Shown here one piece after another: positions 19,001-26,849 of a stretch of 64,000 nucleotides of DNA. Position 1 is the stretch's first letter. The number at the start of each line of letters is the position of its first letter. Source of the stretch: Flavobacteriaceae bacterium (GTDB lineage: Bacteria > Bacteroidota > Bacteroidia > Flavobacteriales > Flavobacteriaceae); the NCBI GenBank assembly GCA_009827225.1, contig WUAI01000012.1, forward strand, positions 488-64,487, written 5' to 3'. Below the pieces are notes generated by a model. It searched no databases and had not been told where the DNA came from. It was given only the letters and a program-made list of their open reading frames with translations. The position numbers and the translations under genes are program-made.

Positions 19001-19707
19001 AAACCACCTCCATGTGGGCCATAGGTAATCGCCGGATGATGCATGGCCAGAACAATGGTTTTTTCGTTGTTCTTTTTCAATTCACCCTCAAGTTCATTGA
19101 TAAACTCCTGTCGCGATTTGATCTCGCATTCATCATTCATTGTGGGATGATGATCCCAGTTTGTGAGATACCATTCGGTGTCTATGATAAGCAAGACGAT
19201 ATTGTCTGTTATATCCTTCTTTTCAATAGGGCACCCATTTTCCGGAAGAAAAGAATTTTTCCCTAAAGCGTCCTCGACCAATTTTTCCTGTCGTTTCACC
19301 CCCGATAATCCCGAATACCAATCGTGATTTCCAGGAATGAAAATACTCGTGCCTTTAAACTTGTTAGCCGAGTTAATCTGAGCATTTAATCGTTCTACGG
19401 CTTCATCATATTCTTTACCTTTCTCAGAAGGAATGCCGTCCTCATACACATTATCGCCTAAATACAATAAATACTGACCTTCGGTGTTCTTATTCTGAAT
19501 AAAAGAATCGAAGGCATTCAAAGCCGGAGATCCCTGAGAATTAGCTTTTCCTGCATCGCCAATTAAGTAAAATGTCTTTTCAATGGTTTTGCCGGAACTT
19601 GTAGTTGAATTTAAATTGTTTCCTTCAGCATAGCGTGCCTGGTAAGTGGCACAGCTGGAGATTAAAAAAATCAACATTAATGCTGCAATTCTGTAAACTT
19701 TGTTCAT
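16006..19707 (-). CDS. Lipoprotein metallophosphoesterase fused to an Omp85-like (bacterial surface antigen) beta-barrel
   Basis: Lipobox LISSC. Calcineurin-like motifs GDAGK, GDNVYEDG, GNHDW and GHEHS. The C-terminus has GGNTGLRGY and GGADTGRVW barrel motifs. Confidence 0.7.
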   Translation of the reverse strand: MNKVYRIAALMLIFLISSCATYQARYAEGNNLNSTTSSGKTIEKTFYLIGDAGKANSQGSPALNAFDSFIQNKNTEGQYLLYLGDNVYEDGIPSEKGKEYDEAVERLNAQINSANKFKGTSIFIPGNHDWYSGLSGVKRQEKLVEDALGKNSFLPENGCPIEKKDITDNIVLLIIDTEWYLTNWDHHPTMNDECEIKSRQEFINELEGELKKNNEKTIVLAMHHPAITYGPHGGGFSAKKHLFPFQGKIPLPGIATAMNQVRATGGVSPQDRFNNRYDELMDRLTTLVRGNDRVILTSGHEHSLQYNVDDGVKQIVSGSGSKNSAAKLGKHAKFVYGDQGFAVLDIFTDGSSEVRFYSAKGGTPELLFTSEVYTPIEDYDTSGLADNFEPSTKATAYQKEKTEKGKSYRWFWGDHYRYVYGTDIQVPVATLDTLYGGFTIARKGGGHQTRSLRLLDKNGRNFALRGVKKSATRYLQTVIFTDTYIEEDFKETITEDLVLDFYTASHPYAAFVVAPLADAVGVYHTNPFLFYMPKHKALGKYNAEFGDELYVIEERPDDDFLDVASFGKPDAIESTSDLRKKLRKDEKYQVDEDAFIRARLFDMLLGDWDRHQDQWRWSRFDISEDKRIYRPIPRDRDQVFSNYDGSLLNVLRTLIPPTRQLQTYENEIDDLQWLNAAGIKLDRTFVQQSGKEEWQAQARRIQEGLTDTIIDEAFLSLPEEVQDGTSEEIKSKLKSRRDQMVEVAGRYYDYLSRLVVLTGTDKDDLFEITRGNGFTKISISRIKDGEKQAPYKERIINSKETKDVWIYGLDDDDEFVVRGEGRNPVFIRIMGGQNNDVYTFDSGRAIKVHDTRTKPNTIAKKGSGSFRFRDDYALNTYNYEKLISRSNSILPIIGANPDDGLKLVLTDIYTVSGFKNNPFHQKHTMSAAYYFATEGFDLRYNGEFAGVFGSWNLLIDGHFASENFTRNYFGFGNETENPQDEEELELDFNRVKTGIISGRVGVVRQGEYGSRLVLSAGVENIEVENTAGRFIEQEFMNSPMTFDPMTFVNVDMDYEYESFDNKANPTRGMVFKLKGGVRSNAEDTERTYGYVHPALQFYNSLSKNGRLVLKTMAQGQFNIGDEFEFYQAAIIGGNTGLRGYRTQRFSGESAVAVGGDLRYGFRRFKTGLLPLQLGIYGGADTGRVWVDGEDSDIWHSSFGGGLWLNAVDALSGQLGVFNGDDGIRITFTLGVSL

Positions 19708-19761
19708 AACGGTTGACTAACGCTAAAATTTAGTAATTTGGTAATCCAATTTGTATCCAAG

Positions 19762-20949
19762 ATGTCGCGAATAGTAGATGAGACCCATAACTACGTACGT
19801 AAAGTACTAACTGAAGATCTTCCAAGCACCTGCCTATATCACAATTTGACCCATACCCAACGGGTATTTAAAAGTACGAAAGAAATTATAGATAATTCTT
19901 CATTGTCTGAACAAGATGAAGAAATCCTTTTATTATCGGCTTTATTGCATGATATCGGGTATGTAAAGGGTAGTGAAGATCATGAAGAATCAGGAGTGAA
20001 AATGGCCAGAAAATTCTTGGACTCCAAGGATGTTGATAGCGATGTGATCGAAAAAGTAAGTGAATGTATAATGGCCACTCGTTTCGATGCTGAACCTATG
20101 ACCGAGTTGGAGAAAATTCTCCGCGATGCGGATGCGTCACATTTTGCAAAGGATTACTTCCAGGAAGCCAGCGAATTCCTGAGATTAGAATTGAAAATGA
20201 TGGGGCACGAGGATTTCAATAAAAAGAAATGGTTGGAAGGGAATATCGAATTGCTTCAGAATAAACACAAATATTACACGGATTACGCCCAAAAGAACTG
20301 GGAACCCAAGAAGCAGGAAAATATTGCTAGAATGAAACTGGACTCGGATGCGCTTAAGGAGAACGATCAAAAGAAAAAGAAGAAACTTAAAAACAAGCTA
20401 AAAAGCGTTGATCCTGAAAAGGCAATTCAAAGTGTATTCAGGGTGACACTTCGCAATCATATCAAATTAAGTGATATTGCTGATACCAAGGCAAATATAC
20501 TGCTGTCGGTGAATGCGATCATCATTTCGATAGCCTTATCCAACCTGATCCCAAAACTCGATAATCCGTCCAATCAGTATCTCATTATCCCAACGGTGAT
20601 ATTTTTATTTTTTACCGTGGTATCAATTGTACTATCGGTTTTGGCTACTCGTCCTAATGTGACTTCCGGAAAATTCACCAAAGAGGATGTAGATAACAAA
20701 CAGGTTAATTTACTATTCTTTGGGAATTTCCATAAAATGAGTCTTAACGAATTCCAGTGGGCTATGAATGAAATGTTGAACGATAAGGATTACATCTATT
20801 CATCACTCACCAAAGACCTATATTTTCTGGGATTGGTACTACAACGTAAGTATATGTTGCTACGACTCACCTATTCGATCTTCATGACCGGGATCATCGT
20901 TTCGGTTGTTGCGTTTGCTATAGCTTTTTTTACCGGTGGAACGAGTTAA
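19762..20949 (+). CDS. HD-domain phosphohydrolase fused to a DUF5706/PycTM-like three-helix membrane module
   Basis: HD motif (NLTHTQRV ... LLHDIGY), Lys-rich linker KKKKKLKNKLK, then ADTKANILLSVNAIIISIAL plus two further TM helices. The ATG at 19762 is preferred over the TTG at 19738. Confidence 0.65.
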   Translation: MSRIVDETHNYVRKVLTEDLPSTCLYHNLTHTQRVFKSTKEIIDNSSLSEQDEEILLLSALLHDIGYVKGSEDHEESGVKMARKFLDSKDVDSDVIEKVSECIMATRFDAEPMTELEKILRDADASHFAKDYFQEASEFLRLELKMMGHEDFNKKKWLEGNIELLQNKHKYYTDYAQKNWEPKKQENIARMKLDSDALKENDQKKKKKLKNKLKSVDPEKAIQSVFRVTLRNHIKLSDIADTKANILLSVNAIIISIALSNLIPKLDNPSNQYLIIPTVIFLFFTVVSIVLSVLATRPNVTSGKFTKEDVDNKQVNLLFFGNFHKMSLNEFQWAMNEMLNDKDYIYSSLTKDLYFLGLVLQRKYMLLRLTYSIFMTGIIVSVVAFAIAFFTGGTS

Positions 20950-23321
20950 ACCTTGATCTCATTCATCAGGTCGTCGTAAGTGTAGTATTCCTTATCTTTT
21001 TCACCTCGATTATACAACACGTTCACACGGATGGCCTTCAAACCGGTAACGCCTTGCAGATTCTCTAATTCGAGTATCTCCACCTCGTCGCCCAGGCATT
21101 TCTTAGACTGAAGGAACTTCACATATTTAAGATATTCCTGCTCGTCGCTTTTTTGAGAATAAACGATGGTGATCTTACCAGGTTGGGTTATCCTTTCATC
21201 AGTGCCCTTTATGTGTGCCTTATCCACTCGCTTTTTCACGACTTCATAACGTGCATTATATGTTCCATCTACATCAAATCGCTTTTCATCCATTCGGAAT
21301 CGCAACGATAGCGGCGTATTAAAGGAAAGAATCATTGAAGCTACATCCAGCGGAACGGGAAGGTTTTCCTTCAATTGATAGAAACTGTTTTCCATTTCAC
21401 ACATAGCTTGCAACTGCCATAGACGAAGGTTGTATAAATAAATCTTGTTGAAACTATCCTGCTTGGTGATCGATTCACCTACATACAAATTGTGCTCAAC
21501 ACCATCTGTTTTGAAACGCTCGTAATAATGCGGATACATCAACTGGGCTTCATCCTGTTTCTTATCCAGGATATTCGCCATGGTTTTATTGATCAACATC
21601 ACAGAATCATCATAATTCTTTCGGTGCTTGTACACGAATCCTTTATCATCATCAAGCAATTCATAGTACTGATCAATCAATTCTTTCATACGGGCATCTT
21701 TCTTACTCAAATGCTCGTACAAGGGTACTATTTCATTTTTTAAGAAACTTAGCACCTTTCGTTCGCTGTCCACCTGCAGGTTCTCATCCAGGTTTGAGAG
21801 GAAACCATCGATCCTGAAATTAAGCTGCTCGTAAATAGGAAGACCTTCAATTTTATATATTTTATCGATGATCTTTCGAACTTTTTTCAGCTGAAATACC
21901 AGGTCGGCCTTGGTCGCATCGTTTCTCGCCACAGAAGATCCCTTGATGTCAACCTGTCCAAATAATGGATACACATTCTCAAAAACAATTTCTTCAAAAG
22001 AGGCCTCAAGCCCTTCCATCTGGGTCTTTATCACACGTTCTGCTTCTTTCTTAAACTTCCAGTGAACACTATTATGGATAGAAGTACATTCCTGTTGGAT
22101 AAGCAGTTCGATTTCTGCTTCTTTTTTCTCGATACTTCGCTTCACTGAATCTACCAGGAACGGCATAATATCCAGTAATTTATTGGCGTTGATAGTATTT
22201 AACTCCTGCGGATTCGGAGAGACGATTTCGGTCACACCCATTACTTCTCCTTCACTTACCAATGGCGCAATGATCGCACTCTTCACTCCTTGCTTGTGCA
22301 ACTTTTGGTACAATCGATTCTTCGGATAAAGTCCGAGATAATGATCGACGTCCGTCACAATAAAGGGTTCATGTTTGTTAAAAAGATTGGCGTAAGAGAA
22401 CTCACATAAGGATCTGCTACACTTTTCCGCTTCCTTGCCGTCCAATAAATAACTTTTTACATCCAGCACAGCAGGCGGATGCTCAAACTCATCTTCTTCT
22501 TTGTTAAAGATTGAATACCCTACTTCTAACTCCGGCAAATTGAATATTGCCTGGATAATAGTCTGAAACTCCTGCACAAAGTTTTTGTCTTTCGCATCCT
22601 TTTGAAGCAAATTAGCCTTGAAATTGGATAAGGACACATCGGTGGTAGCATCATAGATATTCGCAATGATAAAACCACTGAACCTCCAACTATTCGGTGG
22701 GAACTTCTCTTTCCACAGGTCAATATTGTTGAAATTATCGAGTAATTCAGCCACGTCGGATTCCGTGATATCAATACTATTATCTGTTTTTTCGATGTCC
22801 ATGAAATCGGCATTGTACATCACGCGATAGTGACGCATAATTCCACTTGCATCGGGAATATCATAATAAAAAGGTCTTCTAAAATCCACCTTATAACCGT
22901 AAAACGCATTGAGGACAATACTACAGCCCATAATATAGAACTGGTTCTCATCGAAGTCCACTAATGCCAGTTCGTAATCGGAACCCGCTACTTTGATGAT
23001 GTTTTTATATCGTTCAGTAGACTGAAAAATCGACTGTTGAAAAGGAATAGTAGCAACCTTTATTTCGTTTTTCTGAAGAACATTGGCAAAAAGGTCCTCC
23101 AACACCAAATCGACTTGAGGTTGGAACTTTTCCAAATCAGTTATGTTCTTTAGTCCGGAGGTTAGTTCCGGATATTCATCGGCAATCTTCAATACTTCAG
23201 CAGCGCGAGCCTTTAGAAGATCGCTCCCCGTCTTCATGTTTTCTCTATACATAGCGAACAGTTTTTTAAAACTGATCTCTATATCGAGTGGAAAATCCTG
23301 GTTCGTAGTTTTCGTGCTCAT
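20946..23321 (-). CDS. Large GAF-domain protein with uncharacterised N- and C-terminal regions
   Basis: 791 aa. The GAF-like core is around residues 250-395 (...SAIIAPLVSEGEVMGVTEIVSPNPQELN...LLDIMPFLVDSV). I recognised no known output domain. Confidence 0.6.
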   Translation of the reverse strand: MSTKTTNQDFPLDIEISFKKLFAMYRENMKTGSDLLKARAAEVLKIADEYPELTSGLKNITDLEKFQPQVDLVLEDLFANVLQKNEIKVATIPFQQSIFQSTERYKNIIKVAGSDYELALVDFDENQFYIMGCSIVLNAFYGYKVDFRRPFYYDIPDASGIMRHYRVMYNADFMDIEKTDNSIDITESDVAELLDNFNNIDLWKEKFPPNSWRFSGFIIANIYDATTDVSLSNFKANLLQKDAKDKNFVQEFQTIIQAIFNLPELEVGYSIFNKEEDEFEHPPAVLDVKSYLLDGKEAEKCSRSLCEFSYANLFNKHEPFIVTDVDHYLGLYPKNRLYQKLHKQGVKSAIIAPLVSEGEVMGVTEIVSPNPQELNTINANKLLDIMPFLVDSVKRSIEKKEAEIELLIQQECTSIHNSVHWKFKKEAERVIKTQMEGLEASFEEIVFENVYPLFGQVDIKGSSVARNDATKADLVFQLKKVRKIIDKIYKIEGLPIYEQLNFRIDGFLSNLDENLQVDSERKVLSFLKNEIVPLYEHLSKKDARMKELIDQYYELLDDDKGFVYKHRKNYDDSVMLINKTMANILDKKQDEAQLMYPHYYERFKTDGVEHNLYVGESITKQDSFNKIYLYNLRLWQLQAMCEMENSFYQLKENLPVPLDVASMILSFNTPLSLRFRMDEKRFDVDGTYNARYEVVKKRVDKAHIKGTDERITQPGKITIVYSQKSDEQEYLKYVKFLQSKKCLGDEVEILELENLQGVTGLKAIRVNVLYNRGEKDKEYYTYDDLMNEIKV

Positions 23322-23432
23322 GTGGTTTGTTTTCTAGTATAAAATTACTAATTCTAGCCATATTTAGTCCTGAAAGCCTGGGAATTAACAATATTTTGCA
23401 ATTCCTTGATTTTTTTCAGAAGAAAATACTTC

Positions 23433-23440
23433 TATTTTTG
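23433..23440 (+). promoter_or_regulatory. Candidate -7 box TATTTTTG
   Basis: Matches TAnnTTTG and lies 21 nt upstream of the ATG at 23462. Confidence 0.35.
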
Positions 23441-23461
23441 TGACGTAAAAGACACACTAAT

Positions 23462-24577
23462 ATGAGACGAATTATTGGCCTTTTTATTACAGTTTTATTG
23501 ATCGGATGTAATACTGACAGCGGAGATAATTTTGCATTGAACGGAAATGCCTTTGGATTTGATGACGGAACCGAGGTTTACGTGATGGAATTTGATAGTA
23601 AAAATCAGCCTTCACCTGTCGACACTTTAACCGTGAATAATGGAAAATTCACCGCTAGTTACCCAAAATCGGACGAGACCGATCTAATGATGCTCCGAGT
23701 GAGTGGTATCAACGCCAATATTATCTTTTTTGCTGAGAATGAAGATCTAACAGCTAATGTCTACAAGGATAGCATTGCCTCTTCATTCGTTGCCGGAAGC
23801 AAGCAAAATGAGCTTTACAACGAATACAATCAGGAAATCGTAGAAATTTCAGCAAGAAAATTAGCCATTAACAAAGCTTACAAACAAGCTCAGATAGAAC
23901 AGGACGGAATCATGGTGGCCGAACTTCGGGATGAAAATACCAAATTAACCGCCCAGGAAAGAGCCTTCAAAAGAGATTTTGTCAATAATAACAGTAATAC
24001 GCTCTTCGGAATTATGCTCTTGTCTGAAATGTTCAACCGGGAGGAGATCACCACTAACGAAACTAAGGCTATCCTCGATAAATTGAGCCCGAAAATGGCT
24101 TCGAGCGATTTGGTTACCACATTAAAAGCGACCATTGAAGCCAAGAAAAAGGCCGAAGTAGGAGGTGTAGCACCGAATTTCTCTGCACCGGATCCTAATG
24201 GCGACATGTTGTCTTTAAATGATGCCCTCGGAAAATATACCATCATCGATTTCTGGGCCTCATGGTGTCGTCCTTGCCGTATGGAGAATCCTAACGTGGT
24301 GAAGGTTTATAACAAATACCATGACAAAGGACTTAATATTATTAGTGTTTCACTCGATAAGAGTGGCCAAAAGGCACGTTGGCTGAAAGCCATCGAAGAT
24401 GACAAGATGGATTGGTATCATGTGTCAAACCTTAAATTTTGGCAGGATCCTATTGCCAGACAATATAATGTACGAAGTATCCCGGCTACCTTCCTTTTGG
24501 ACGATCAGGGAAGAATAATCGACAAAAACCTAAGAGGAAAAGCGCTGGAGAACAAAATCGCCTCCTTGCTGGATTAA
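23462..24577 (+). CDS. TlpA-family thiol:disulfide oxidoreductase lipoprotein
   Basis: Thioredoxin motif WASWCRPC. Lipobox LLIGC. The N-terminal domain is DUF4369-like. Confidence 0.85.
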   Translation: MRRIIGLFITVLLIGCNTDSGDNFALNGNAFGFDDGTEVYVMEFDSKNQPSPVDTLTVNNGKFTASYPKSDETDLMMLRVSGINANIIFFAENEDLTANVYKDSIASSFVAGSKQNELYNEYNQEIVEISARKLAINKAYKQAQIEQDGIMVAELRDENTKLTAQERAFKRDFVNNNSNTLFGIMLLSEMFNREEITTNETKAILDKLSPKMASSDLVTTLKATIEAKKKAEVGGVAPNFSAPDPNGDMLSLNDALGKYTIIDFWASWCRPCRMENPNVVKVYNKYHDKGLNIISVSLDKSGQKARWLKAIEDDKMDWYHVSNLKFWQDPIARQYNVRSIPATFLLDDQGRIIDKNLRGKALENKIASLLD

Positions 24578-25251
24578 TTCAATTCGAAACTCACATTTAC
24601 CCTGGCTGAAATCTGCATTTCTCCGGGAGCTATCGTTTGCTTGCTGGAACTCGCTTCATCAAAACTCATGCTGCGTAATACCGGACTAGGAGTGTTTACC
24701 TGCTGAAATTCACTGATATGAACGGCTTTCCCAACGGTTTGTTCCAATACACCCGCATATTCCATTGCTTTTTGTTTTGCGTTGACTACCGCCTTCTTTC
24801 GAGCCTCGGCCTCTAATTCCTTTTGTTGTGAAGAAGAAAATGATATGCCGTCAATACGATTGATCCCCGTTTCCAGTAAGCCATCCATGATATCTTCATA
24901 TTTCGAGAGATCGATTAGTTTTATGGTTACCGACTGGTTCGCCGCATAATTATAAGTCTTGGTGTTGTATTCGTAGTTCTTGCTCAATCGGATATATTCG
25001 GTACGAACGTGCTTCTCTTCAATGCCAGCCTGCTTTACGAATTGAAGTACCTGATTGATGATCTGGTCGTTTTTAAGTTTGACTTCCTTAGCGTTACTTC
25101 CGGTGTGTTCCACCCGTACGCTAATGGTGACCTGATCAGGAACTACGTTCACAATTCCTTCGCCCGAAACATCTACGGTGGGTTTTTTAAGCTGCTGTGC
25201 TGTCATAAATGTGGTAATTAAAACAAGGGTTAGGGTTAATAAAGGTTTCAT
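24574..25251 (-). CDS. SIMPL/DUF541 periplasmic protein
   Basis: Signal peptide followed by VDVSGEGIVNVVPDQVTISV, typical of the SIMPL family. The ATG at 25251 is preferred. Confidence 0.7.
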   Translation of the reverse strand: MKPLLTLTLVLITTFMTAQQLKKPTVDVSGEGIVNVVPDQVTISVRVEHTGSNAKEVKLKNDQIINQVLQFVKQAGIEEKHVRTEYIRLSKNYEYNTKTYNYAANQSVTIKLIDLSKYEDIMDGLLETGINRIDGISFSSSQQKELEAEARKKAVVNAKQKAMEYAGVLEQTVGKAVHISEFQQVNTPSPVLRSMSFDEASSSKQTIAPGEMQISARVNVSFELN

Positions 25252-25264
25252 TATTTCTGAAATA

Positions 25265-25912
25265 TTAGATTTTTCCAAACTTGTACATGAGCAATAAGAT
25301 AAGTATGGGTGCCGCGAGTACGGCCACCAGCCACAAATCGGTTTCTAAAATCGATGGCATAAAGGCAATAGTGAGCAGATAACCGGCCACTGCGCCTCCA
25401 AAATGGGCATCATGGCCAATGTTCCCAAGTCGTTTTCTCATTCCGTAGATCGAGTACAACAAATATGCCAAGCCAAATATCCACGCCTTGATGGGTAAGG
25501 CATAGAAAAGATACAACTTGCCTTCAGGATACAATAAAATAGCCGCATAGATCACGCCCATTACGGCTCCACTGGCTCCTACTGCCGAATAGTGATATTC
25601 GTCCTTATGAAGATATAAAGACAATAGATTTCCCACGATCAGACTCAATATATATATCAGTAGGAATTTCGAAACCCCAAGATTGAATATCACCACATCA
25701 GCAAAAAAATAGAGGGTCAACATATTGAACAACAGATGCGTAAAATCTACATGGAGAAAGCCAGAAGTAAACATCCGAATTTGTTCTCCCCTGCGTATTC
25801 CGGCAATATTGAATTTATACCTTTCGAAAAAAGAAAAATCGTTAAATCCCTTTAACGATATTAAGACATTCACAGCAATGATTAAGATGGTGACGATATG
25901 AAGGTTTTGCAT
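25265..25912 (-). CDS. Rhomboid family intramembrane serine protease
   Basis: GASGAVMG catalytic Ser motif and HVDFTHLLFNM. The ATG at 25912 is preferred over the TTG at 25939. Confidence 0.8.
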   Translation of the reverse strand: MQNLHIVTILIIAVNVLISLKGFNDFSFFERYKFNIAGIRRGEQIRMFTSGFLHVDFTHLLFNMLTLYFFADVVIFNLGVSKFLLIYILSLIVGNLLSLYLHKDEYHYSAVGASGAVMGVIYAAILLYPEGKLYLFYALPIKAWIFGLAYLLYSIYGMRKRLGNIGHDAHFGGAVAGYLLTIAFMPSILETDLWLVAVLAAPILILLLMYKFGKI

Positions 25913-25979
25913 ATAAACGTTTTTGAAACCGCGAGGCAACTATGCAATAAATTTAATTAGTTTTGCTTTAAATATAACT

Positions 25980-26849
25980 ATGCAGCGGTTACTTTATCTT
26001 TTGTTGTATCCTATCATGTGGCTCACTTCCGTATTACCGCTTTGGCTGTTATACATTAAATCCTCGATTTTATTTTTTCTCATCTATTACATCGTGGGGT
26101 ATAGAAAAAAAGTGGTGCGGTCCAACCTGCAACTCGTTTTTCCTGATAAATCAAAAGCTGAAATAAAAAGTATCTCAAAAAAGTTCTACCAGCATTTGTG
26201 TGATATGATCTTCGAAACGATTAAGAATCTCACCATTTCGGAAAAAGAAGTCAGGAAACGATTCCAATTCGATAATCTGGACCTGCTGGATGAACTTTTT
26301 GCAAAGGACAAAAGTATTCTGCTAATGTGTGGACATTACGCCAGTTGGGAATGGAGCGGAATATTGAACTATCAGAATCCGTATCGCGGATTTGCCGTTT
26401 ATAAAAAACTCGATAATCCCTATTTCGATCGGTTGGTAAAAAAGATCAGAGGACGATTTGGGGCGGGCATTGTAGCCAATACCAAGATCGTTTCCACGCT
26501 CTTCCGGCTCAACAAAGAGGGAATTAAGACCATGAGTTTGATTCTATCCGATCAAACTCCCAAATTGGGTGCCTTCAAACACCGGGACACTTTTATGGGT
26601 ATCGATGTGCCAGTATTTACGGGAACCGAGGAATTGGCAAAAAAATTGGATTTTTCTTGTCTTTACTTAAAAATAAGGAAAGTAAAACGTGGTTTTTATA
26701 GAGCCGAGTTTGTACCTCTGGCCATTGAGTCAAGGGAAATGGCGGATTATCAGATAACTCGTTTATTCCTTTCTGAAATTGAAAAACAGATCAAAGAAGA
26801 GCCTCAATATTACCTTTGGTCCCACAAAAGATGGAAACATCGTAATTAG
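25980..26849 (+). CDS. Lipid A lauroyl/myristoyl acyltransferase family (LpxL/HtrB-like)
   Basis: N-terminal TM helix and CGHYASWEW (H-x4-E type) motif. ATG at 25980. Confidence 0.75.
   Translation: MQRLLYLLLYPIMWLTSVLPLWLLYIKSSILFFLIYYIVGYRKKVVRSNLQLVFPDKSKAEIKSISKKFYQHLCDMIFETIKNLTISEKEVRKRFQFDNLDLLDELFAKDKSILLMCGHYASWEWSGILNYQNPYRGFAVYKKLDNPYFDRLVKKIRGRFGAGIVANTKIVSTLFRLNKEGIKTMSLILSDQTPKLGAFKHRDTFMGIDVPVFTGTEELAKKLDFSCLYLKIRKVKRGFYRAEFVPLAIESREMADYQITRLFLSEIEKQIKEEPQYYLWSHKRWKHRN

Noticed and set aside
20946-22000. Class III nucleotide-cyclase-like motifs in the GAF protein C-terminus (LFGQVDIKGSS at residues 453-463, ERFKTDGVEHNLYVG at 601-615, FDVDGTYNARYE at 682-693)
   Set aside because: The order is right, but the spacing between the first two motifs (about 148 aa against about 45 in canonical domains) does not fit. 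The Asn-to-Arg spacing in the third motif also does not fit. I treat this as possibly coincidental until a profile or structure search says otherwise.
23372-23417. Hairpin GGAATT...AATTCC followed by a T-run in the GAF/tlpA divergent region
   Set aside because: No upstream gene is transcribed towards it on either strand, so a terminator role makes no sense. The stem is weak (6 bp with a 13-nt loop).
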